64,000 bases of DNA from a virus. This document shows, in pieces, positions 34,932 through 46,209 of the stretch. Below the pieces are notes generated by a model. It ran no database searches. It saw only the letters and a list, made by a program, of their open reading frames with translations, and was not told the origin of the DNA. The first letter of the stretch is position 1; each line of letters begins with the position of its first letter. The stretch spans positions 122,856 through 186,855 of the IMG/VR virus record IMGVR_UViG_3300025121_000776. The stretch is one strand, 5' to 3'. A program made the translations under genes and the position numbers.

Positions 34932-35579
34932 AAATGAGTTGGGGGGATGAGGAAACTCTCCCCCTTTTTAAATAAAGTTTCTTTATATAAACAAACAATA
35001 AAATTATGAATAATAGACTTAAAATCGGTGACGTTGTAAATTGGAAAGGCTCTTGGGGTACTGAACCCGAAGCAAAGGCTAAAGTTGAAAACATTGAAAT
35101 CTGTGCTCAAAACAGCAAAGATGGAAAAGAAGTAAAATCAGTTGCATGGGATACAATTACCAACGATAAAAGACGAGTAATTGTCACTCTTGATAATGGT
35201 CATTGGGCTTATGGAAATCAAATTTCTCCTATTAAATAAAAACAATTATGAAAAAATCATTCAGAAAATTCAAAGAAGGAACAGAAGTGAAAACTACAGT
35301 TTTTATGTCAACCGAAGATATTGGAGGAGATGAAAATATTGAAGTTAGTACAACTGGAATTGTATTTGCTGAACCAAGTGACAGCGAAGAATTGGTTGGA
35401 GTAAATATTAACGGCTCACTTAATTATCTTCCCCAATTTGTTTTAGAGGTTTCCTCAGAAGAAAAATAAACAGAAAGAGAAACTCTCCCCCTTTTTTATA
35501 AAAGTTTCTTTATATAATTATAAAACTTCTTAAACAAAAATTCGTATAACATAGTATTAATCTTTAAATTTAAAAACTT

Positions 35580-36191
35580 ATGAAAAAATTAATTCTTTAT
35601 ATTTGTTTAATGATGATTTCGTTAAATATACTTTCACAAACTGATTCAATAATTTTTGCATCTATAACAGGAAATTATTCAATTAAGTGTAAGATAATTA
35701 GAGTGGGAAGTGATAGAATATATTATAAATATTATAATAATTCTGATACTTTAAAATATGGTATTGTAAAAAGTGGAACGGCATTTTTAAACACTATAAC
35801 TGAATATAAAAGTGATAATATTTGGCATATAGGAGCATTTATTGAAAAAGAACAAAATACAATAATTGTAAACAATATTTTATCAGATAATGCAAAATAT
35901 AATATTAAAACCGATACACTTCAAAGTATAATGCTAATAACATCTAAACTTGAAAATAAGTTGCAATGTATTCAATATAATCTTTTAAAATGCAATCAAA
36001 CATATACCACAGGTGTTGAATGTATAATAGTTGGAATATTATTTAACGTAATTGGAGGCATAGCTATGGTTTATGATGAATTGACGCCAGCTTATACATT
36101 AATGGGGACGGGTGGTATTTTAACAGTTATTGGGGGAATTACAATAATAAGTAGTCACAAATATATTGGAGAAGCAGGAAGTTGTAAGTAA
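35580..36191 (+). CDS. Secreted/membrane protein (signal peptide, two C-terminal TM helices)
   Basis: MKKLILYICLMM...; hydrophobic C-terminus; preceded by both class-1 and class-2 promoters. Confidence 0.65.
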   Translation: MKKLILYICLMMISLNILSQTDSIIFASITGNYSIKCKIIRVGSDRIYYKYYNNSDTLKYGIVKSGTAFLNTITEYKSDNIWHIGAFIEKEQNTIIVNNILSDNAKYNIKTDTLQSIMLITSKLENKLQCIQYNLLKCNQTYTTGVECIIVGILFNVIGGIAMVYDELTPAYTLMGTGGILTVIGGITIISSHKYIGEAGSCK

Positions 36192-36656
36192 ATGGTAATC
36201 TATCCCCCAGTCAAAACTAAGAGGACTGCAGAATGAAGTTATTATTCAAATAGCTTGTTTTTTAGAGGGTAGTTGGGAAGGATAACTCTCCCCCTTTTCT
36301 TCTTAAGTTTCTTTATATAATCAAATAATAAATAATCAATATCATGAAAAAATTAACATTCCAATTACAAGACTTAGACGGCGAAAGTATGGGATTACTT
36401 CAAACCGAAATGAGTTCCAGCATTATTCAAAAAGAGTGGACAGCCTACATTAATTCCGAAACCGATGATATGGGAATTGAAGAATTTATTACTCAAATGA
36501 AAGCTAAATATCCTAAGTTCATATTTAAACGTTTTTTTATTGACAAAGAGATTAGTGCATAAACAAACTTCTCCCCCAACTTCTCCCCAGCCAAAACTGT
36601 ATTAAAATATATAGATTTGGCGGGGTTTGTTTGTTGTAACTATCTAAATATCAATG

Positions 36657-36731
36657 TACTACGGAGGGGATTCGAACCCCCACTAACTTCGGTGAAAGCG
36701 AAGTGGCTTATTCCAATTTGCCAACCGTAGT
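36657..36731 (-). tRNA. tRNA-Glu(TTC)
   Basis: Acceptor ACTACGG/CCGTAGT, anticodon arm CTTCG-CTTTCAC-CGAAG, T-arm GGGGG-TTCGAAT-CCCCT. Confidence 0.9.
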
Positions 36732-36909
36732 ATGTAAAATGCAAAAAGGTGAGATACTTTTGTATCCCACCTCTTGGTTTAGCTCCGAATTAATTTTTAC
36801 ATAATCTTAGCAGGGACACAATTTCTCATGAACTCCTCGCTTTCCTCGATGTTAAAATTAACTCTCATTTCTTTTTATCTTTTTTTTGTAGTCGTAACTA
36901 CTTGATTTG

Positions 36910-36984
36910 TAGCGGGGGTGAGACTCGAACTCACGTTGTTCGGATTATGAGACCGAGCTGGAACCACCTCCAGACGACCCCGCA
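36910..36984 (-). tRNA. tRNA-Met(CAT), initiator-like 1:72 mismatch
   Basis: T-GCGGGG/CCCCGC-T acceptor, TCGGT-CTCATAA-TCCGA, GTGAG-TTCGAGT-CTCAC. Confidence 0.88.
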
Positions 36985-37106
36985 ATATATTTTAAATAGT
37001 CAAATTTTTTTAAAAATCAAAAAACAGGGTAAAATTTTTAAAAGTTTGGTCTGGAAATTCTAAATTTTCGATGTAACTCTTAATGTCGCCACTGTTATTT
37101 TCTAAC

Positions 37107-37139
37107 TTATACGCAAACTTATGACAAAAGTTTCAAAAA
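37107..37139 (-). promoter_or_regulatory. Class-2 (ECF-type) promoter for the tRNA unit
   Basis: Minus strand reads TGAAAC-ttttgtcataagtttg(16)-CGTATAA. Confidence 0.7.
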
Positions 37140-37280
37140 ACCAAATGTTTTTTAATTTATTTTTATTTTACCTTTGTAATTGTTTAACTGTGACCCGATT
37201 CTTGATTTGCGAACTGCAAATCCCCCTTTTTCTTTCCAGTTTCTTTATATGTTTATATTAACCAATTAAATTTTATAATC

Positions 37281-39638
37281 ATGGGAGCAAAAATTTTTAG
37301 TTTACCAAGTACTTTAAAAGTGCCAGAATATGATTTTAAAAATCCTGCACAATACCAAAAAGACGAAACAAAGTTTTTCGAAGATTTAAAAGCATTGCTT
37401 CTTAAACGAAAGAACGAAGAGGGCGTTGGAGAAATTATCAAATTTCAAGTTGCTGATAGTTATGCAGTTTACGCAGTAGCTTCAATGAAGCCTTTGGAAT
37501 TAATACATATTCCTATTATGGATGCTTGGGAATTTGAATACGCCCACCGTCTTACTGCAAAAGATGTAAAAGAAAAAATCAAAATTCAAAAAGCTTTAGA
37601 TAAATTGTTTACAAAAAAGGAGGAAAAATAATTCCCCCTTTTTTCACAAAGTTTCTTTATATAAACAAAAACATTATGAAAGTAGCAAAATTAGTAACAG
37701 TATCATTGACAACAAGAGTTGTCGTAGAAGATAACGCAGATGATGAAACAATCATGGAAACTGCAAAGCCTCAGTTGGTGGATAAAATAATGAATGAATC
37801 TTTGGAAAATGTTGAAGTTATTATTGATGATACCACATTCCCATATGGCTCTTTTGAAGAAGAAAAATAACCAACCTTAAATTTTATAATCATGAAAAAC
37901 TCAGAAAAGAACCTGTTAGTAATTCAAAATTTCATTTTACACATTACGCACAGTTCAATTCCTTCAGATGGAATTGATGAAAACTTTAAGAAACAAATTA
38001 CGTTTACACCAGAAGAATTATATCAAATGGCTGATGAATATATTGAAGAAGACCACGTTGATGGTAAAGAAAATCCCGATGATGATAAAGAAGAATAAAT
38101 TTCCCCCCTTTTTTAAAATAATTTCTTTATAAATTCGTAACCAAAAAACAATTTTATTATGGCAGAAGAAAAATTAAAAAAATTAGCCCTAAAAATTACA
38201 TTAAAAAATGTAAAACAAGGCTTTGGACATGACCTCGCAGGTTTATACTGTGACGTTTTCATGGATGGTAAAAAAGTTTGTTATCTTAATGACGATGGAT
38301 GGGGAGGGGAAGTAGAAATCGCTTACGCATCCGATGATGCCCAAAAGAAATTTGAAAAATTTCTCGTTGATAACAAAGTAGCACAGCTTATGTTTGATGA
38401 TGGATGGGGATTTATGAAGTCAGTTGATAAAATTGATTTGCATACACAAGCAGAAAGTATTATTAATTTAGCTGTAAATGTTATTGAGCAAAATAAATTC
38501 CAAAAGAAAATTGAAAAAGAATGCTTAACAGGGATTGTGTTTGGAACTGATACAAGTTATAGAACAATTACTTATAAACTTCCCCTCAAAGCTATTATAA
38601 AAATTTATAAAACAAAGGGGATAGACGTAATTCAAAATGCTTATGATAGAGCGAAATCTGAACTTAAAGCAGGGGAAAGAATTTTTAATACAAACCTCGA
38701 AGAACTAGATATTAAATTATAAAAAGGGGAACTCTCCCCCTTTTTTTATAAAGTTTCTTTATATAATAAATTAAAAACTTAAAATTATGGGACAAAGACA
38801 TCAAATTTACATTCGTATAGTAAATCCTTTAAAGAACAAAAAACTTTCTGGTGAAATTGGAAATGAGAAAGACAAAAAAGAGGCTGAGCTTTATTTTGGT
38901 AAAGGCAAGTTTTCTATTATTCCTTTTCATCACCAGTGGTTGTATGGTACAACAGCTGTAGGAATGCTTGTAAAAATTTTAAAAGAGGCAAAAAGAGCCA
39001 AAGGAGACAACCACCCTTTCTCTCCAGAGCTTTCTGAAGTTCCTTATTCAGAAGAACGTAATAAACTAAGGGGATTTGGGTTAATAGAGCTTATTCAAGC
39101 TATGCTTTCTATTACAGATTTAGAAGTGTCTTTAATTGGTGGGCGTTTTAAATTAGAACACTTGACTTATATTGGTGATGAGCATTTTGATTATGAGAAA
39201 GAAAAAGTAGATACCCGAATGGTAAATCATCAACATTATTGTAATATGGGCGATAATAATGACGGTGTTATGATTGTTGACATTCCTTCAATGAAATACT
39301 GCTTCATGAATATTGATAAACAGGAAAAAAGAAAAGATGGTAGAGGTCGTTCAAATAAGTTGCCTCAACTTAAACCTGTAAGTGCTATGGATTATCAATT
39401 GGCTTACTATCCTGTGGTTGAAAAAGAATTATCAAAATTCTACCTTGAACAAAATAAAACTCCCCAAATTCTAAAAGAACATGCTTCAATGGCAAAACGT
39501 CTTGAAAAGATTGTAGGTAAATTTGATGTACTCTCCCTTGCAGAGGTTCAAGCAATTTTTCCTCGAACTTACAAGGCTTTTGAAAAAGAAAAAACAGAAG
39601 CAAATGCAAAAAAATTAGTAACTGGAATTAAAAAATAA
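37281..39638 (+). CDS. Hypothetical proteins (37281-37631, 37676-37870, 37892-38098, 38159-38722, 38787-39638)
   Basis: ORF track plus class-1 promoters. Confidence 0.7.
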
Positions 39639-39710
39639 AGATAGGGGGAACTCTCCCCCTTTTTTTATATATTTTTCTTTATATGTTTAAATAATTAAAA
39701 CTTCATAAAA

Positions 39711-40529
39711 ATGGAAAAAATTAAAGCAGAACGACTAAAAAGAGCGGGGGAAGTAAACCTTGTACCCTTTGACCAAATTTTTATTAATGATTCAATAAAT
39801 AATGGTAGAATTGAATTTGGTGATATTGAAGAGTTGGCTATTAGCATAAGAGAAATTGGCCTTAAAATTCCTATCTTGGTTAAAAAAGTAAGAAACGAAG
39901 AAAGATATGCTGTAATGCAAGGTAAAAGAAGATTTAAAGCAATTTCACTACTTGTTTCACAGGAAGTAGATTTCCCTTTTGTTAAATGTATCGCCGCCCC
40001 AGTAACATATTCTCTTGAAAACAATTTGTTTGACCAAATTGTTATGAATGACGGAAAGCCTTATACTAATCTAGAACAAGGGATTGTATTTGCTCAATTG
40101 GTTGACAGAGGTTATTCTGTAACAGACATTTCTACAAAGACAGGAAAAAGTCAAACTCATATAACAAATTGCATTGAAATTTCAAGCTTGCCAAAAAAAG
40201 TAAGAGACCTTATTGTTGCTGGTTCAGTATCTGGTCTTACTGCAGTCGAACTTTCAAAAGTTGTTGATAATGAAGATGAACTTGTTGTTCAATTGGAAAA
40301 AGCGGTTGAAACAGCTCCTGTTGCCTCTGATGGAAAAAAGAAAAAGGTTACAAAGAAAAACATCAAACAACTTGCAAATGTATCTACTTTAAAGAAGCTG
40401 GAAGAAGTTAAAAAAATTATTGCAGAAGCTGAGGGAGTTGATGTAAATCTGGTAGCATTCTTTAATAAATTGGTTTCTCGACTTAAAGCAGGAGGAACAG
40501 TAGAAAATTTGGTAGAATTATTTAAATAG
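39711..40529 (+). CDS. ParB/RepB/Spo0J-like protein with HTH
   Basis: IEELAISIREIGLKIPILV, GKRRFKA, DISTKTGKSQTHITN. Confidence 0.85.
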   Translation: MEKIKAERLKRAGEVNLVPFDQIFINDSINNGRIEFGDIEELAISIREIGLKIPILVKKVRNEERYAVMQGKRRFKAISLLVSQEVDFPFVKCIAAPVTYSLENNLFDQIVMNDGKPYTNLEQGIVFAQLVDRGYSVTDISTKTGKSQTHITNCIEISSLPKKVRDLIVAGSVSGLTAVELSKVVDNEDELVVQLEKAVETAPVASDGKKKKVTKKNIKQLANVSTLKKLEEVKKIIAEAEGVDVNLVAFFNKLVSRLKAGGTVENLVELFK

Positions 40530-40588
40530 AAAAAAAAAGGGGAACTCTCCCCCTTTTTTAAACTTTTTCTTTATAAATAAAAAAGACA

Positions 40589-41575
40589 ATGGAAAATTTA
40601 AACCTGAATTCATATGACCACATCATTGTGGCTTTCTCTGGGGGAAAAGATTCCGTTGCATCTTTTTTATATCTGTTAGACCATGGGGTTCCAAAAGATA
40701 AAATAGAGCTATGGCACCACTGTGTTGACGGCAAAGAGGGTTCTACTATGATGGACTGGGCTTGTACTGAAGATTATTGCAGAAAATTTGCACAGGCCTT
40801 TGGCGTAAAGATTTTCTTCTCTTGGAAAGAAGGGGGCTTTGAGCGGGAGATGCTCCGTCAGAATCAAAGAACAGCCCCAAATCATTTCGAATATTTAAAT
40901 GATGACAATATCATTGAATGCGGAGTTTCTGGAGGAGTGAATGGCCAAGAAAGCACAAGAAGAAAATTTCCTCAAGTCTCCCCAGATTTAAGAGTGAGAT
41001 GGTGCTCAGCTTATTTAAAAATTGATGTTTGTACAGCTGCAATTACGAACCAGTCCAGATTCATTGGAAAAAGAACACTGGTGGTGACAGGTGAAAGAGC
41101 TCAAGAAAGTAAAGCCCGCTCCAAATATAAAATATTCGAACCAGACAGAGCCGATAATAGAAACGGCAAAAGAATACAGCGCTTAGTTGACCACCTGCGT
41201 CCAGTGCACCAGTTCCTGGAACAGGATGTTTGGGATATGCTTAAAAAACATCTAGTTAATCCACATCCAGCATATAGATTGGGATGGGGACGCCTTTCCT
41301 GCATAGCATGCATTTTTGGTTCTAATAATCAATGGGCTTCTTTAAATAAATTGAATCCGCTGCAGGCTGAAAAAATTTCGAACTATGAAAATGAATTCGG
41401 CGTCACAATTAAAAGAAAACAAACAGTTCATGAATCTATAGCAAAAGGTACCCCTTATAAAATGGATTCTGAAACAATGAAACAAGGACTCTCTCTTGAG
41501 TACTATCAATCTATCATTGTTGATGAATGGACTCTCCCCAGTGGAGCTTTCGCTGAAAGTGATGGTCCTGTTTAA
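40589..41575 (+). CDS. Phosphoadenosine phosphosulfate reductase-family protein
   Basis: PP-loop AFSGGKDS, RWCSAYLK, TGERAQES, HPAYRLGWGRLSCIAC. Confidence 0.85.
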   Translation: MENLNLNSYDHIIVAFSGGKDSVASFLYLLDHGVPKDKIELWHHCVDGKEGSTMMDWACTEDYCRKFAQAFGVKIFFSWKEGGFEREMLRQNQRTAPNHFEYLNDDNIIECGVSGGVNGQESTRRKFPQVSPDLRVRWCSAYLKIDVCTAAITNQSRFIGKRTLVVTGERAQESKARSKYKIFEPDRADNRNGKRIQRLVDHLRPVHQFLEQDVWDMLKKHLVNPHPAYRLGWGRLSCIACIFGSNNQWASLNKLNPLQAEKISNYENEFGVTIKRKQTVHESIAKGTPYKMDSETMKQGLSLEYYQSIIVDEWTLPSGAFAESDGPV

Positions 41576-41663
41576 AAGTTGTTCATAAAAATTTCTTTTA
41601 TATAGTTGTTAATTCAAAAATTATATTTACATTTGCCCACTAAAAACTTTTAAATATAAAAAT

Positions 41664-42461
41664 ATGAGTTACAAATTCACTGGATTTTTTAAATTAAACA
41701 AAAGGTTGGATGAAGCAACCTTTCTCTTTCTTAAAGACTTATCTTCTACACGTAGAATGTCAAGAAATGTGGACGCCGCATTTGGTGTCGAGGGGGAATT
41801 TTATGTTCATGGAAATGAATATGATTCTAATATAATTGATAGGAACAGCTCCCCAAAGACTCAACCTGGATTGCACTGTGACTGGGTTCCTACAAAAGAT
41901 TATACTGGAATTGAGTGGAATGGAACAGAAAAAACATATCAACCTGTTGAGTGGATTGAATATATCATAAGTAGAGTTCTCTCCCCAAGAGGCTATGTTC
42001 TTGATGGTGAAGTTGAATATTGGAATACTAATTATCATAATGACAGTAGCTATATAGAAATTTGTGATAACGTTGTTAATGGGAAAAGACTTATAACAGA
42101 TTATTCAATTAATAAACTTCTCCCCATTAGAGGAACATTTCTCCCCAAGTCGAAAAGTCTCCCTCGAATTAATAGAGTATCTACATCCAGGGGTGGAGCT
42201 TCAGTGGTAACAAAAACCCGCAAGCAAACTGTAAAAGAACAAAGAGAAGAACAAGAAAGAAAACTTCTTGCTCAAATACAATTACTCGAAGACCAGTTAA
42301 AAGAAAAAGATAAAGAAATTAAAAGAGTAGCTGCTGTGGCAGAATTTCCAAGAAAAAAACTTACTGTACAGGAAATTATGCTAGAGAAATTGAGAGGTGA
42401 TGCACAATTTGGGGGAACTCTGGATGACTTTAAAAAATTCTTAAAGAATCTATTGGATTAA
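41664..42461 (+). CDS. Conserved-looking phage hypothetical protein
   Basis: QPGLHCDW, IEWNGTEK; TACATTTG host-type promoter near 41627. Confidence 0.65.
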   Translation: MSYKFTGFFKLNKRLDEATFLFLKDLSSTRRMSRNVDAAFGVEGEFYVHGNEYDSNIIDRNSSPKTQPGLHCDWVPTKDYTGIEWNGTEKTYQPVEWIEYIISRVLSPRGYVLDGEVEYWNTNYHNDSSYIEICDNVVNGKRLITDYSINKLLPIRGTFLPKSKSLPRINRVSTSRGGASVVTKTRKQTVKEQREEQERKLLAQIQLLEDQLKEKDKEIKRVAAVAEFPRKKLTVQEIMLEKLRGDAQFGGTLDDFKKFLKNLLD

Positions 42462-42526
42462 GCTTGGGAAATTTCCCCCTTTTTTCTGAAAGTTTCTTTA
42501 TAAGAATAGAACAAAATAAAAACAAA

Positions 42527-43147
42527 ATGGGAAAAATATTAAGTAAAAGTGCAACAACCGATTTAGAATTGGTTAAAGTAATTAAAACTGCAAAAGAAAG
42601 AGACGTAGAAAGAGCTTTTAATGAATTGTTTAAGAAATACCATGACTCAATGTTGTTTCATTTTAGAGGATTCATTAACGATGAAGAAGTAGCACAAGAA
42701 CTAGTTAATGAGGCTTTTGTAAAAGTAAGCAAAAAAATTTCCACATACCGCCCAGAAGATGGTGTATTCAGCACTTGGTTGTTTAAAATGACTAAGAACC
42801 TTTTCATTGACAGATTAAGAAAAAAGAGAGAAGAAGCAATTTCTCTTTCTGATTTAGCTATCTCTGACGGTGAAAATAATTTAATTGAGTACGACCTAAA
42901 AAGTGATGACAATACTCCAGAAGCAGAAATGCTTTTAGATGAAAGAAATGAAATGATTGGAAGAATCATTAATTCAATGAATAGACCTGTTCTTAAAAAG
43001 GTTATTAAATTGAGATATTTCGAGGGAATGTCATATGAAGAAATTACTAATGAAACTGGACTTCCAGAAGGAACTGTAAAAGCTTTTCTTTTTAGAGCAA
43101 GACAAGAACTTAAAAAGAAATTTAAACAAGCAAACATTAGATTATAA
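42527..43147 (+). CDS. RNA polymerase sigma factor, ECF subfamily
   Basis: Region 2 AQELVNEAFVK...FSTWLFKMTKNLFIDRLRK; region 4 LRYFEGMSYEEI...GTVKAFLFRARQEL. Confidence 0.92.
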   Translation: MGKILSKSATTDLELVKVIKTAKERDVERAFNELFKKYHDSMLFHFRGFINDEEVAQELVNEAFVKVSKKISTYRPEDGVFSTWLFKMTKNLFIDRLRKKREEAISLSDLAISDGENNLIEYDLKSDDNTPEAEMLLDERNEMIGRIINSMNRPVLKKVIKLRYFEGMSYEEITNETGLPEGTVKAFLFRARQELKKKFKQANIRL

Positions 43148-43698
43148 TATCCTTGATATATGTTAGAAAATTTCCTATATTTATTTATAGGAAATTTTTT
43201 ATTTAATACATATGATAAATTTAACACCACAACAAAAAAAAGAGTATTTACTACAGAAATATGTAAAACGTGAATACAAGGTAGAAGACATTGACGCTTG
43301 TAAAAAATATGTTGTTTACTTTAATCCTTCCATCGAGAAGGTAAAAGAGTGGCAAATGATTTGTGTAACTTCTTCATTAGAAGAAGCTAGAAAAGAAATT
43401 GCATGGAAACTTCACAGTACTAAGTTTAATGATATGGATATTGTTTTAGACCACGATAAAAATTTCTCTACGTATCGTAATGAATTATTGAACGTTAACG
43501 AGCAAGGTTTGGTCTATGAGCCAACAGATAAAGATATTACTCATGATTATAATTCTTCTGGGAATATGTTACAAGTAATTGCAAATTCAGCTCCTCCAGC
43601 CAATAACAATGCGTATCGTGGATTAGCTTACTATACAAATTTTTCCATAGATTATAAGGGTTTTTACAAAATTGAAGAGATATTTGAAATATAAAATT

Positions 43699-43839
43699 AT
43701 GAAAGAAAAAAAAGAATACGACAAAATAACTATTACACTTCCACCAAGAATATTAAAAAAACTTGAGGAAGGTAATTATAATAGGTCTAAGCTTATAGAT
43801 GATTTGCTAACAAAATATTTCAAGGAAAACGAAAAATAA
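43699..43839 (+). CDS. Small ribbon-helix-helix-like protein (type A)
   Basis: Hand-translated ITITLPPRILKKLEEGNYNRSKLIDDLLTKYF; paralogue of 51797-52066. Confidence 0.7.
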   Translation: MKEKKEYDKITITLPPRILKKLEEGNYNRSKLIDDLLTKYFKENEK

Positions 43840-43902
43840 TTGCCACACTGGTCATGTTTTTATTTTTTTTCTCATATTTATAATAAACACAAATTATAAA
43901 TT

Positions 43903-44061
43903 ATGGGACGTAAAAAATTAACACCAGAAGAAAAGAGAGATAATCTCTCTATTTCCATTTCCAAACAGAATAATAAAAAATTCGAGGAACTTGGGATTAA
44001 AAACAAGTCAAAATTAATTGAATGGCTTTTGGATAATCATTTTGACAAATTTAAAGAATAA
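43903..44061 (+). CDS. Small ribbon-helix-helix-like protein (type B)
   Basis: Hand-translated MGRKK...LSISISK...NKSKLIEWLL; stop abuts the nuclease ATG. Confidence 0.7.
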   Translation: MGRKKLTPEEKRDNLSISISKQNNKKFEELGIKNKSKLIEWLLDNHFDKFKE

Positions 44062-45597
44062 ATGATTGTGAAAAAAATGACAACAGATGAATTTAAAAAT
44101 AAAGCAATTTTAATTCATGGAGATAAATACGATTATTCTAAAACAACTTATTTAAACGAAAGAACAAAATTAACTATTTCTTGTAAAAAACATGGAAATT
44201 TTTCTCAATTACCCAAGGGGCATTTAAGAGGATTTGGATGTCCAATTTGTTCTAATGTAGTAACAACTACGCAAGGTTTTATAGAACATTCAAATGAAAT
44301 CCACTCAAATAAATATGGATACTCAAAAACCGTTTTTATAGACTCAAGAACTAATGTAATTATAATTTGCAAAGAACATGGTGATTTTGTTCAAAAACCA
44401 AGAGTACACCTTTCTGGGTGTGGTTGTCAAAAGTGCGGAATTAATAAATCTGAAAGTATTCGTAAAAAAGCAATAGAAAAAAGAAAAATTACATTTGATA
44501 AATTTATTAATAGAGCTAATGATAAACACAATAATAAATATAAATATTATACAACTGATATTAAAAATATAAATCAGAAAATAAAAATAAACTGTTCTAT
44601 TCATGGAGACTTTAATCAAAAAATTAATGACCATCTCAATAATGGTTCTGGTTGTCCTAAGTGTTATAATGAAAGAAGAGGTAATTCTACAAGGAAAACA
44701 AATAGCCAATTCATAAAAGAAGCAAAAAAAGTTCATAAAAATAAATATAATTATGAAAAAACAATTTACCAAAGTGCTCATAAAAAAATAATAATAGTTT
44801 GTCCAATTCATGGTTTATTTTTTCAAACACCATCTAGACATTTACGAGGAGATGGATGCCCAAAATGCTGTTTTAAAAATGTTTCTTCTGAGCAATTTAT
44901 AAACAAAGCAAATAAAGTACACAAAAACAAATATAATTATTCTTTAGTAAATTATACTAATAATATTAATAAAGTAATAATAATTTGTCCTATTCATGGA
45001 GAATTTAAACAATCTCCAGCAGCTCATTTAAATAATCAAGGATGTGCTAAATGTGGTAAACAAAAAGGTATTGACAAAAAAAGAATTACATTTAATTCTT
45101 TTAAAATTCGTGGAACAAAAATTCACAATAATAAATATACCTATACTGAAAAATATATAAACTCACACAAAGATAAAGTAGAAATAAATTGTCCAATACA
45201 TGGTAATTTCGTGCAAAATGTAATGTCTCACCTACAAGGAGCTGGATGTCCATTTTGTAAGGCGTCAAAAGGAGAATTAAAAATTAAAGAATATTTTGAT
45301 AAAAATAAAATCAATTTTATTAAACAAAAAACATTTCAAAATTGCAAAAACATTAAAGTGCTCCCATTTGATTTTTATTTGCCAGACTATAATGTATGTA
45401 TAGAGTTTGATGGTATTCAACATTTTAAAATTATTGACTGTTGGGGCGGAGAAAAGAATTTATTAGAAACAAAAAATAGAGATTCCATTAAAACAGAATA
45501 CTGCAAACAAAATAATATTCCCCTACTTCGAATTAAGTATAATGAAAAGATAGAAGAAAAATTAGAGAACTTTTTAAAAGAACATAAAGTAATATAA
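44062..45597 (+). CDS. DUF723-type Zn-repeat protein with C-terminal PD-(D/E)xK/Vsr-like nuclease (putative homing endonuclease)
   Basis: Six CxxHGxFxQ...HLxGxGCxxC repeats; LPFDFYLPDYNVCIEFDGIQHF. Confidence 0.85.
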   Translation: MIVKKMTTDEFKNKAILIHGDKYDYSKTTYLNERTKLTISCKKHGNFSQLPKGHLRGFGCPICSNVVTTTQGFIEHSNEIHSNKYGYSKTVFIDSRTNVIIICKEHGDFVQKPRVHLSGCGCQKCGINKSESIRKKAIEKRKITFDKFINRANDKHNNKYKYYTTDIKNINQKIKINCSIHGDFNQKINDHLNNGSGCPKCYNERRGNSTRKTNSQFIKEAKKVHKNKYNYEKTIYQSAHKKIIIVCPIHGLFFQTPSRHLRGDGCPKCCFKNVSSEQFINKANKVHKNKYNYSLVNYTNNINKVIIICPIHGEFKQSPAAHLNNQGCAKCGKQKGIDKKRITFNSFKIRGTKIHNNKYTYTEKYINSHKDKVEINCPIHGNFVQNVMSHLQGAGCPFCKASKGELKIKEYFDKNKINFIKQKTFQNCKNIKVLPFDFYLPDYNVCIEFDGIQHFKIIDCWGGEKNLLETKNRDSIKTEYCKQNNIPLLRIKYNEKIEEKLENFLKEHKVI

Positions 45598-45670
45598 GAA
45601 CCAAGGGGAAAAATTAAATTCCCCCTTTTTTTTTAAAGTTTCTTTATATGTTTAAATAAAGGATAAAAAC

Positions 45671-46156
45671 ATGGAACCTATAAAAATTTCAAAACGTGCA
45701 AGAATAGCAATCATCATTATTGCCTCTTTGCTTTTTTTCATAATGCTTGAATCTTGTACCAAGGAGCCATCAGCTCACGTGGACATAACCAGATTCCAAC
45801 AATCAAGTTATCCACATACGGGATACATTGATACATTAGGGGTGTTTCATGATTTTTATACAGATTCTTTAAATAATCCCCATAGTACCACAGTTAACAT
45901 TGGGGGGATTACATATCCAATTATTTCTCAGCCAGAATTTGGATTAATTGATTTACATTTTGAAATTTATAACAATGGATATTATACCATTGATGATTAT
46001 AAAATATTATTTACCGCTCTATTAGAAGATGGAACTTATGTTGAAGAAGAATATTGGGGCACCAACTTAAATGAAGTGGGTCATGGAGAAATGGATATTG
46101 AGACAGGGGGAAAGAGAGCCGTAGAAGTTGTAGTAACAAATTTAGATTTATATTAA
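45671..46156 (+). CDS. Putative lipoprotein
   Basis: Hydrophobic N-terminus ending LESC. Confidence 0.55.
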   Translation: MEPIKISKRARIAIIIIASLLFFIMLESCTKEPSAHVDITRFQQSSYPHTGYIDTLGVFHDFYTDSLNNPHSTTVNIGGITYPIISQPEFGLIDLHFEIYNNGYYTIDDYKILFTALLEDGTYVEEEYWGTNLNEVGHGEMDIETGGKRAVEVVVTNLDLY

Positions 46157-46209
46157 TATTTTGAAACAAATATAAAAAGAAATTCGTATAAGAAAGAGGA
46201 GGTGATGTT

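Noticed and set aside
36190-36290. Ribozyme or riboswitch
   Set aside because: There is some pairing (tatccccca/tgggaaggata) but no complete conserved catalytic or aptamer core could be identified by eye.
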